A stretch of DNA of 64,000 nucleotides from Candidatus Thorarchaeota archaeon. GTDB lineage: Archaea > Asgardarchaeota > Thorarchaeia > Thorarchaeales > Thorarchaeaceae. Shown here in pieces: positions 30,533-39,089 of this stretch. A program made the position numbers and the translations under genes. The notes beneath the pieces were generated by a model. It worked only from the letters and a program-made list of their open reading frames with translations, was not told where the DNA came from and did not search any database. The stretch covers positions 17,011-81,010 of the forward strand of contig DXJO01000014.1 in the NCBI GenBank assembly GCA_019057475.1. The letters run 5' to 3'. The number at the start of each line of letters is the position of its first letter. Within the stretch, counting starts at the first letter, position 1.

Positions 30533-30719
30533 TTAGTCTGCACGCCTCGGACATTAGTAGCGGTGAGCTGAACACCTCGCCGAAGCTTGGTGCTTACACC
30601 CCCGCCCTATTTACCTTGTCTTCTACAAGAGTCCTCGTTCCTAAACTCAACGTTACTGTCACCAGTCCCGCTGCCCCTCGGAGGGGTCGTTTAGTAAATG
30701 GGTGACTATTTTTCGGTCT

Positions 30720-30752
<33 letters not shown>

Positions 30753-30835
30753 ATTACGGCTTAGCTACTCGACATTGCCTTGTCAGACAATCGATACACC
30801 ATAGGCCGCCACGAAGCGTTCCTCTCGTACCGGCT

Positions 30836-30865
30836 TTCCACGCGCTAGAGGAGATCTCTAGCACC
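30836..30865 (-). other. 30-nt insertion in H95, putative BHB micro-intron
   Basis: 9-bp hairpin between GAG and AAA bulges; removing it restores the 8-bp CAUGAAGC/GCUUCGUG stem. Confidence 0.7.
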
Positions 30866-30935
30866 TCATGTTGCCGGCAGTCACCCAACAGCGCCAATAG
30901 ATAGAAACCAACCTGTCTCGCAACGGTCTAAACCC

Positions 30936-31364
30936 CTTTGCTACCGACCTCGTTTCGGTCATTTCCTGCCGAAACTTTAACGGTCCTCTTGGACTTCACC
31001 CGGCTTCCGGATCATGGTTAGGAAGCCAGTTTTCCATTCAAGAACATCCTTTCAGATGGGAATAGACTATGTCTTGAGCGCTGCATTTCTGCAACGCCTG
31101 CTGCCATTTAGTCGTTGAACTGCACCCTTATTCCAAGAAGGAACTTAGGACTTGGCTGCAGGTTGTCCATTGTTACATCCTCCCCATTGTTACCATACCC
31201 GAGGCCACTAACCTGGCCGACATGATGTTTCCATCGTGCCTTGGTAGGGGAGGCTTTAGGAGTTTCCCGCAATTTGACAGCATCGCCAGCAACCACTCTG
31301 ACTAGCCGAACCTTTCGGTCCGACTGAGCCTATAGCCGCGCAACCGCTTATGCGCGACCGGTCA
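30936..31364 (-). ncRNA. Group I intron (IC1-like, no ORF) after 23S U2580
   Basis: The exons rejoin as GAGCU|GGGUUUAG and the intron ends in G; IGS GGCUCA pairs with UGAGCU; P AAAUUGCGGGAA, Q CCUGCAGCCAAG, R GUUCAACGACUAAA, S AAGACAUAGUC; P3 UGCUGUCA/UGGCAGCA. Confidence 0.95.
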
Positions 31365-34083
31365 AGCTCACGTTCGGTTTTAATCGGTGAGCACCCGCAC
31401 CCTTCGGGCCTTATGCAACCCGAGGATACCAAGAGCCGACATCGAGGAAGCAAGCCGCGTGGTCGATATGAACTCTTGCACGCGACAACTCTGTTACCCC
31501 TGGGGTAAGTTTTTTGTCATCTCCACCACTCACAATTGGCCAGTGAAGGTTCGCTAGGCCAGTGTTTCCACCCAGGACCCGTTGCTTTTCGGGGTCCTGT
31601 CAGCCGAACTTATGCCCTTGATCTCAACGAGACGTTTCCATCGCCTCTGAGTTCAGCATTGGTCAGGGCTGATCTCTTGTCAGCCCTGTGCCGCCCCAGC
31701 CCAACTGCCTATCTGCCAGTGTCCCTAGACTCGCTTGGTCTAGGTTAGCCATCCCCAACAACATAGTCAGTATTACACGGTCGCATTCCCACACCCCGGA
31801 GAGTGTGGTTCAACGCTCCTGACTATACTCTGTATGATGCCAGAAATGGCAATGACAGACTGCGTAGTAAACCTCCGCAGGGACTTCTCTTCCCATTGGC
31901 GCTACGTACACTGTTCGGTACGGTGTAGGTTCACCGGAGCCCTCCTGGGGACAGTGGGGACCTCATTGCTCCCTTCATGCACGTCGGCATTTAACCGACA
32001 AGGCATTTGGCTACCTTAAGAGACTCATAGTTAGTCCCGGCGTTAACCTGTGCTTCGACCCGTTCCCGAGCTTTAACATACAGGCACAGACCAGGATTCA
32101 CTGACTGTACTAACGCTTACGCGCTCGCAGTCAGCTATGTTTGTATTAAACAGTTGGGACCCCCTAGTTGCTAAGACCTAGGAAAGCTTGCACTAACCCA
32201 GGCACGGCATATCCCGAAGTTACGCCGCTAATTGGCCGATTTCCCTCAGGCAGGGTTGACTCCGATACACCTTGGCCTTCTCAGCCAGGGAACCTGTGTC
32301 AGATCTGGGTACGGACACGGAAGATCCTTCCAAATTCGTTTTTCAAGGTCACCAGGAATAGGCCAAACGGATGTCCGACCACCCGCTATTCCACCCTTCG
32401 CCTGCTTCTCACAATTACGGTACTCGGCAGGCTTATAGTGTTAAATACAGCGACAGCTGTACTTGGCTTGTCCGAATGAGTTACAAATTTGGCTTTGCGT
32501 TGCCGCGAATCGTACTTCCGTGGTTCAGGAATATTAACCTGATTCCCTTTCGTGACGCTCGAATTACGACGCCACTTAGGATCGACTAAGCTTCGGCTGA
32601 TGACGCATCGCCGAAGAACCCTTTCCCTTTCGGTGACATGGATTCTCACCATGCTTCGCTGTTACTACTACCAGGATCATCAAACCCGACCGGTCCACGG
32701 GACCTCACAGCCCCACTTCTACCCAATCGGGTCGCTCCGCTACCGGATCACACAGAATTACCCGTGTGCCGTATGGTCTCGGTGGCCAGATTTAGCCCCG
32801 TCCATTTTCAAGGCCGAGAGCCTCGGTCTGTGAGCTGTTACGCTTTCGTTCGGGGATAGCTGCCTCTAAGCTCACCCCCAGACTGTCTTGGGCTCTCGAC
32901 TCCCTTCTTCACCGCACTTATCTGGCACTTAGGGACCTTAACCACACTCTCGGTTCTCCCCATCTCGGCCTGCCGGGCTTACCCCGGGCACCCGTCTCCC
33001 GCCGTCTACAGTTCATGCAGCTTCGGAGTTTTCAGGATGGTGAAGGACTTGACGTCCCCCGGGCGCATCCGAAAGTGCTCTACACCACATGATACCTCAA
33101 GCAGGGCTTGGCTACGACCAACTTCGCGGAGAACGAGCAATCACCAGTCTAGATAAGCCTTTTACCCCTTCGCGCAGATCAACGGAACGAGTTGCACGTC
33201 AGAACCCTATCGGGCCTCCACCGAGCTTTCGCCCGGCTTCACCCTGTCCACGCCAAGATCGACTGGTTTCTCGTGTCACGGGAGTGACTTCGCGCGCTTT
33301 CACACGCCGCCCCTCACCCTTGCGGGTTGCGGGCTTATTGGTTTCCCTTCGTTTACGGCTTAATGCCTTATCCTCGCCACGCCCATGAACTCCCTGGTCC
33401 GTGTTTCTAGACGGATGATGCTGAGTCGATCCACTCGAGTCCTACTACAGAATCACTTCTGGTTCGTTCCCCGAGTATCTACTCTTTTACTCAGCATCCT
33501 TTGTGTAGATTGCTGGTTTCAGGTGCTTTTCACCCCGCTCCCGCGGCACTTTTCAACTTTCGCTCGCGCTACATAGTTTACTATCGGTTTGGCTGAGTAT
33601 TTAGGCTTCGCAAATTGTGCTTGCGACGTTCACGCGAGAGTTCCAACCCGCGCTACTCTGGAACCATGAACTTGCCTGCGTGTTACGCCTACGGGGGTGT
33701 CACCCTCTACGCCGCATCGTTCCAGACGACTTCGGCTTTCACGCATAGGCAATAAGTTCTTGGCCCGTACACCACATCCCCCAGTACTCTTCGCACTGAG
33801 ATTCGGTTTGGCCTTTTCCCCTTTCGCTCGCTGTTACTCAGGGAATCACTGTTGTTTTCTTTTCCTGCCCGTACTAAGATGCTTCAGTTCCGAGCGTTCC
33901 CAATCCGGGAATGACCCCGGATCCATGCGGATTATTAGCCCACATGAGGAAGTCCCATTAGGAAATCTGCGGATCAAAGGCTTCGTGCGCCTACCCGCAG
34001 CATATCGCTGCTTGCCACGTCCTTCATCGGCTAGCCAACCAAGTCATCCACCAGCAACCGTTTAGCGAATCGCGGACCTACTT

Positions 34084-34121
34084 ACGATTTCGGCAACAGT
34101 ATTACCCGTTGCCAAGGTAAG
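34084..34121 (-). promoter_or_regulatory. 5' strand of the pre-23S BHB processing stem
   Basis: CUUACCUUGGCAAC-GGGU-AAU(bulge)-ACUGU is complementary to 30494-30519. Confidence 0.9.
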
Positions 34122-34613
34122 TAAATTTCTAGTCATTTCATGTACGATATTAATTTTCGTCAACCACATATTGATATGATCGATGAACCTATACCTCCAT
34201 CCTCTGCAATCCTTGCACACTGCTTCTTCCATAAACGATGGTGGAGTACGACTCCAAAGCACATGCATCGACGGTCCTCCATCGGAAATGGCACCAATCT
34301 CATCGCCTGGTCCCGATGAACTTTCATCCGAGCACGACCCCGGATTCTGGACCTGCTTCATGCGCACTACTATGTCGTGTGTGCGCTCGACGAGCCACCT
34401 TGACTCGTGATTTAAAGCTTGCTGTGCATCGAGATGCAAATATGCACTCGCAGTTGCCAGAACAGCCCTACAACGTTCACGTTGCATAAGACCGTCTCTA
34501 CTCGACGACAGCACGATAATTCAGTTGCATTGGTAATAAACGTTACGTCTTGACTCAGTTAGAGGTCATCACAAGCAGGTGCTCTGCATCTGTGGAGTCA
34601 GGTCGAAACCTGA

Positions 34614-35321
34614 CTAGGAGCTACCAAGCGCTTCTTTTTGCTTCTCGATTAAATTTCTGATACCCTTCACTGCGATATCTGTCATCGCGTCAAGGCTCCC
34701 ACGGTCAAATGTTGCGCCTTCAGCTGTGCCCTGCACCTCAACGAACTGATCATCGAGCATGACTATGTTCATGTCCACATCCGCACTCGAGTCTTCAGTG
34801 TAGCAGAGGTCAAGTAGGCATTCTCCTTGAACCATGCCCACGCTCACTGCGGCAACGTATCCATTCAGAGGAATCTTAGATATCATATTCATATCTACCA
34901 TGAATTGAAGAGCGTCCATTAGCGCTACGAAGGCGCCGGTTATTGATGCGGTTCTAGTCCCGCCGTCTGCCTGGATTACGTCACAGTCTATCTTGATTGT
35001 GTGCTCACCCAGACGAGTGAGGTCCACAGCGGCGCGCAATGACCGACCGATTAATCGTTGAATCTCCTGATTGCGACCGCTTACTCTGTGACGGTTTGTG
35101 CGGGTATCAGTTGCCCTAGGGAGCATCCCATATTCAGCTGTAACCCAGCCTTTCCCCTGATTGTTGAGCCAACCAGGTGTGCCTTCCTCAACGGTTGCAG
35201 TGCAGATTACGCGAGTGTCCCCTGTTGAGATGAGAACAGATCCTTCAGGATGTTTCAGGAAGTTGCGCATAATCTCAACCGGCCGCAACTCGCTATTCGC
35301 TCTACCATCGGAACGCGGCAT
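34614..35321 (-). CDS. rph: Ribonuclease PH, bacterial type
   Basis: [51 protein letters not shown] and EVQGTAEG. Confidence 0.93.
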   Translation of the reverse strand: MPRSDGRANSELRPVEIMRNFLKHPEGSVLISTGDTRVICTATVEEGTPGWLNNQGKGWVTAEYGMLPRATDTRTNRHRVSGRNQEIQRLIGRSLRAAVDLTRLGEHTIKIDCDVIQADGGTRTASITGAFVALMDALQFMVDMNMISKIPLNGYVAAVSVGMVQGECLLDLCYTEDSSADVDMNIVMLDDQFVEVQGTAEGATFDRGSLDAMTDIAVKGIRNLIEKQKEALGSS

Positions 35322-35460
35322 TCAGTCAGCTCCAGTTTCCAAGGCGCCAGCCCGGCTATTAATCTCTGTCGTGAAGCGGTCGTGCATAGATTTATCCAGA
35401 TTGCCGCATAATAGCCAATCTGGGCGTAGTCGCACGCAGCCGCCTAAGAGGTGCCACACA

Positions 35461-36486
35461 ATGATGAATCTTCGCCGTAGGTTTGATTCTGCACTCCATG
35501 ACACTGTGAAGGAGTGGAAGAAGCAAAAGAATGTGAGAGGTATCTTTGTGTATGGATCCTACGCGAGAGGCACACATACCGCCAACTCAGACTTAGATAT
35601 CGGTGTGATATGGGATGGCGATGAGGCACCGGTGCAGCTGCTAACCAAGCACAAGGAAGTCCTTATTGATCTGATCTTCATGACCGTTAAGGAGATCGAG
35701 GATGTAGTAAAAGGCAGGGCTAAGGATGCTTACAGAATAGCTGAGATTGTTGGACGCCTAAGAGCTGCCAAAGTCCTACACGATAAGCGTGGCGCTCTCA
35801 AGGCTTGGCAGAAGAACTTCGCTGAGTACAGTTGGCCTGCCGATGTTGTAGATGGACTCCTAGCTCGTGCCATTGACGGTCTTGAGGATGCCAAGCGATA
35901 CGATGCAGAAGGCAATAGTGTCTGTGCAGTACATGAACTGAGATCCGCCCTCTTTGACCTCGGAAGGACGATTTTGATGAAGAATAACATGTTCTGCATC
36001 ACCAGAGCATCTGAGGTTCTAACAGAAGTGCGAATGATAGACCCAATGATCTACAAGCTATTCCTGCGGATGTTCAAGCTAAGAGGATATAATGAGAAAC
36101 AGCTGCTAAGCATTTTGGACGAAATAAAGCACTGGCTAGAGGTGGCTGAGGCACGCTTCGAGCAGACCACTGTTGATGAGCTGACAACGGAATTTCTCAC
36201 TCAAGCGCAGAGAGAGTATCATGGTGCTCTCAACTTGACAATCGGCGGGGACCATGAGTTGGCAGTCCTTGAGATGCAGGGGGCGACTTACATGCTTGGA
36301 AGAGCGCTTCTTGCCACAGGAGGTATGCCAAGCATGTCACGTGGCTGTGCTCTTGTGACCCAACTCAGGGATAATGAGAGTGTCTACTTCAATCAAATTC
36401 TGGTCGAGTATGGTGAGCTTGATTTCCAGCCGGCACCGATAAGGCGAGGCATAGGTGAAGCGCTATTCATCGCTCGAAGACTTTGA
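35461..36486 (+). CDS. Pol-beta-like nucleotidyltransferase with duplicated C-terminal helical (HEPN/substrate-binding-like) domains
   Basis: YGSYARG...SDLDI motif and two A..E...A...LGR helical repeats. Confidence 0.75.
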   Translation: MMNLRRRFDSALHDTVKEWKKQKNVRGIFVYGSYARGTHTANSDLDIGVIWDGDEAPVQLLTKHKEVLIDLIFMTVKEIEDVVKGRAKDAYRIAEIVGRLRAAKVLHDKRGALKAWQKNFAEYSWPADVVDGLLARAIDGLEDAKRYDAEGNSVCAVHELRSALFDLGRTILMKNNMFCITRASEVLTEVRMIDPMIYKLFLRMFKLRGYNEKQLLSILDEIKHWLEVAEARFEQTTVDELTTEFLTQAQREYHGALNLTIGGDHELAVLEMQGATYMLGRALLATGGMPSMSRGCALVTQLRDNESVYFNQILVEYGELDFQPAPIRRGIGEALFIARRL

Positions 36487-36541
36487 ACTGCGGAATGATT
36501 GATTAGGCATGTGTATGCTAAATCGAGCGACAGTGAACTCT

Positions 36542-37081
36542 ATGTCTAAGGTTGATGCTGATATTATTAGACTGTCAAGTGTACCACTAACAAGAGAGAA
36601 GCAGAAGAAGCTCGAAGAAGAAGTACGAGCCTACTCTTCTGCAGTGAATTACGTGATAAAGGAGATTCTAAGTAGACAGATATCATCAGCCCCAAAGGGT
36701 GTCGAAGCGCTACGTGAAGAGTTTAAGGAGAGATACGACTCACGTCCACAGTACCTTGAGGACGTAGTTAAGACAGCAAGAGTTGTGATTGGGCAACACT
36801 TTCGCATGGAGAAGACTATTAGGAGCATGAGAGGCAAGACGCCATTCTTCAAGCTAGGTCGGATTATCTTATCAAAGCCAATAGTTGATGTTGGGGAGAA
36901 GGCATTGATACTGCAATCCTCTGAGAACGAGGATATTCCAATGCCATACGATAAGCATAGCAGGAATCGTGTTGCGTTAACCCTGCTGAGGATAGCCAAA
37001 GGCAACCGTCAATATGGAAGAGTCCGCATAATATACTTGAAAGAGGGTTATGTGGAAATTGACATTCGCGTCGAGCAATGA
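36542..37081 (+). CDS. Basic hypothetical protein resembling the N-terminal lobe of TnpB/Cas12f, without RuvC
   Basis: LTREKQKKL...AYSSAVNYVI, QYLEDVVKTA, KTPFFK and terminal beta strands; no D-E-D residues or Zn finger. Confidence 0.5.
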   Translation: MSKVDADIIRLSSVPLTREKQKKLEEEVRAYSSAVNYVIKEILSRQISSAPKGVEALREEFKERYDSRPQYLEDVVKTARVVIGQHFRMEKTIRSMRGKTPFFKLGRIILSKPIVDVGEKALILQSSENEDIPMPYDKHSRNRVALTLLRIAKGNRQYGRVRIIYLKEGYVEIDIRVEQ

Positions 37082-37089
37082 GATTGTTA

Positions 37090-37971
37090 CTACGGAGTCC
37101 AGGCGACTAGGGACCCGGAGATATGTGTGGAGTATACCGTGTCCTTTTTGCCCCAGCCGACTGAGGATACCCCTGTCCAAGACTTCTCCATGAGCTCTTG
37201 AGTTCCGTGCTCTAGAGAGAATACTCTGATTGTGCGATCCCAACTGCCAGACAAGAGACGCGTCCCCGTTGCATCTACTGACAAGGAGGTCACAATGTCA
37301 GTGTGGCCCATTATCTCTGTAGTATCGCGCGGGTCATCAAGATTCACAGAGAGGATTTTGCCACCATGGAGCCCAAGGAATACACGCGAGTCATCTGGCG
37401 CCAGCGTCATTGATCTGATGCGCTCCTTCTGCCGGGCAAGCGTTCTAATGGGGTTATAGCTGCCAAGATCCCACAACCGAGCGCTCCCATCCCATGACGC
37501 GGTTACCAGTTTGGAGCCGTCGCTTGTGAATGCCAGTCCAGAAATATCAAGCCTATGCGCTTGAAGGTTGCGAATGCACTTCAGAGAGCCTATCGAGAAG
37601 ACCTTCACCTCGCCGTCACGCGCACCGGCAGCTCCCTTTGATGACTCGGAATCAACAGCAAGCGCTTTGACCTCTGATTCGTGTCTGAGAATTCGATTCT
37701 TCTGGTCCCCATTTGCCCCGTTCCAAATCCGGGTCGTGCAATCCCAGCTTGAAGAGACTAATCGCTTGCCGTTCTCCACGAAAGCAGCAGCTGAAACCAT
37801 GTATTCATGACCCTTGATAGCTCGAAGCGGCTTGCCGGTTTTTGCATTCACGAGAATGACTTGTGCATCTTTCGTGCCACATGCAACACGCTTGACTTGC
37901 GGGTCCACAGAGAGACAGGTCAGTGGAGAAGGTTGTGAACAAGACGGTTTGTAGAGTATTTTCTTCTCCAA
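37090..37971 (-). CDS. WD40-repeat beta-propeller protein
   Basis: Repeated GH...SSSWD.T.RIW, TASWDGSARLWD and SGSWDRTIRVF. Confidence 0.92.
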   Translation of the reverse strand: MEKKILYKPSCSQPSPLTCLSVDPQVKRVACGTKDAQVILVNAKTGKPLRAIKGHEYMVSAAAFVENGKRLVSSSWDCTTRIWNGANGDQKNRILRHESEVKALAVDSESSKGAAGARDGEVKVFSIGSLKCIRNLQAHRLDISGLAFTSDGSKLVTASWDGSARLWDLGSYNPIRTLARQKERIRSMTLAPDDSRVFLGLHGGKILSVNLDDPRDTTEIMGHTDIVTSLSVDATGTRLLSGSWDRTIRVFSLEHGTQELMEKSWTGVSSVGWGKKDTVYSTHISGSLVAWTP

Positions 37972-38062
37972 ATCACTTCACCGGAAAGCTCTCTCAAAGA
38001 TTAATCACTCATTTGCGGTTTAAAAGTGTGTACCACAAATTATGCAATATTGTGGTTCCGAG

Positions 38063-39073
38063 TCACCTGCGTTTAAGGTACAGGTAGACCAGCCCTATGA
38101 CAACAACTGGGACGACGAGCAGGCTGAGATAGAATAAAGAATCATCGTTTGGCGGGAGGGTGAGATTGTCATTGGCGTAGTCGATCAGGAACGTTTCAAC
38201 CACTTCTCCAACAGTCTGAAGGCTCTCTGCGCTGCACTTGTCAGGTGTATCTTCGAGGGTATGCCAGTACCAAGGAAATCCGTTGTGTTGAATTATGTCG
38301 ACAGACGGTATTCCGGCATCGAGAAATGGACGATGATCATCCAGAATTGACCGGCCCGATACATCGAGAAATGTGTCATTGTGACCCATCTCATCAGCTA
38401 TTGACCATATCAAATCCTGTAGAGACCTAGTTGAGCTGGTTTCCCGTTCTAGGCGCAGTTCTGAATCCCCGACCATATCGACGAGAATCATGGCATCAAT
38501 CTCGGACACCCTAGTTGGACTGAGCTGGTTGACGTAGTGAGTAGACCCCACAATCCAGTTCCAGCCATTGATCAATCCTGAGTCCTCAGCGTCGAACAGC
38601 ACAATCTCCACCGATTCTCGGACGTCCACAGGCAAGCCACTCGCCAGCTCAAGCAATACTGCAACGCCGCTTGCGCCATCATTCGCTCCTATGATTGGAG
38701 TCATTGTGTTGGCTGGTTCAGGGTCTTGATCAGCTCTGGGCCTTGTGTCATAATGAGCACCGAGAATGTACGATGGTTGTTCCGCGTCTGGCCAAGTTGC
38801 AATGATGTTGGAGCACTCCACTTCGAGATAGGTGAATTCTTGAAATGTTACATTCCAACCGAAAGATTCCAGGGTGGAAGCGATGTAAGTCTTACACTGA
38901 GTGAGATTGTCGGAACCAGGGGGTCTTGGTCCAAAGTCACATTGCTGGACTAAGTAATCCATAGCGTTCTCGCCATCAAACGCTAGCATGTGGTTTGATT
39001 GTGTCGTCTGGGGTGTCGCTATGATGGCTGCCATTAGCAACAGAAGGACTAAGATCACTCGCACTTGGTTCAC
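38063..39073 (-). CDS. M28 peptidase, glutaminyl-cyclase-like, secreted with a C-terminal TM anchor
   Basis: GAHYDTRP, GANDGASG, FDAED, DMVG, DDHRPFL and WHT.EDT. Confidence 0.85.
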   Translation of the reverse strand: MNQVRVILVLLLLMAAIIATPQTTQSNHMLAFDGENAMDYLVQQCDFGPRPPGSDNLTQCKTYIASTLESFGWNVTFQEFTYLEVECSNIIATWPDAEQPSYILGAHYDTRPRADQDPEPANTMTPIIGANDGASGVAVLLELASGLPVDVRESVEIVLFDAEDSGLINGWNWIVGSTHYVNQLSPTRVSEIDAMILVDMVGDSELRLERETSSTRSLQDLIWSIADEMGHNDTFLDVSGRSILDDHRPFLDAGIPSVDIIQHNGFPWYWHTLEDTPDKCSAESLQTVGEVVETFLIDYANDNLTLPPNDDSLFYLSLLVVPVVVIGLVYLYLKRR

Positions 39074-39089
39074 AACCGTACCAGTGTGC

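Noticed and set aside
21069-30598. CRISPR array or classical integron attC sites
   Set aside because: The repeats are kilobases apart, derive from rRNA and lack the attC R/L box structure; no cas or intI gene is in the window
33410-33500. Extended H25/ES7 region as another intron
   Set aside because: It forms a simple long helix (gatgctgagt/actcagcatc) typical of archaeal ES7, with no BHB or ribozyme motifs
31108-34514. ORFs overlapping the 23S rRNA, its intron and its leader, including 31108-31296 as a possible homing endonuclease
   Set aside because: They are chance frames in structured RNA; there is no LAGLIDADG, His-Cys, HNH or GIY-YIG motif, and the intron is too short
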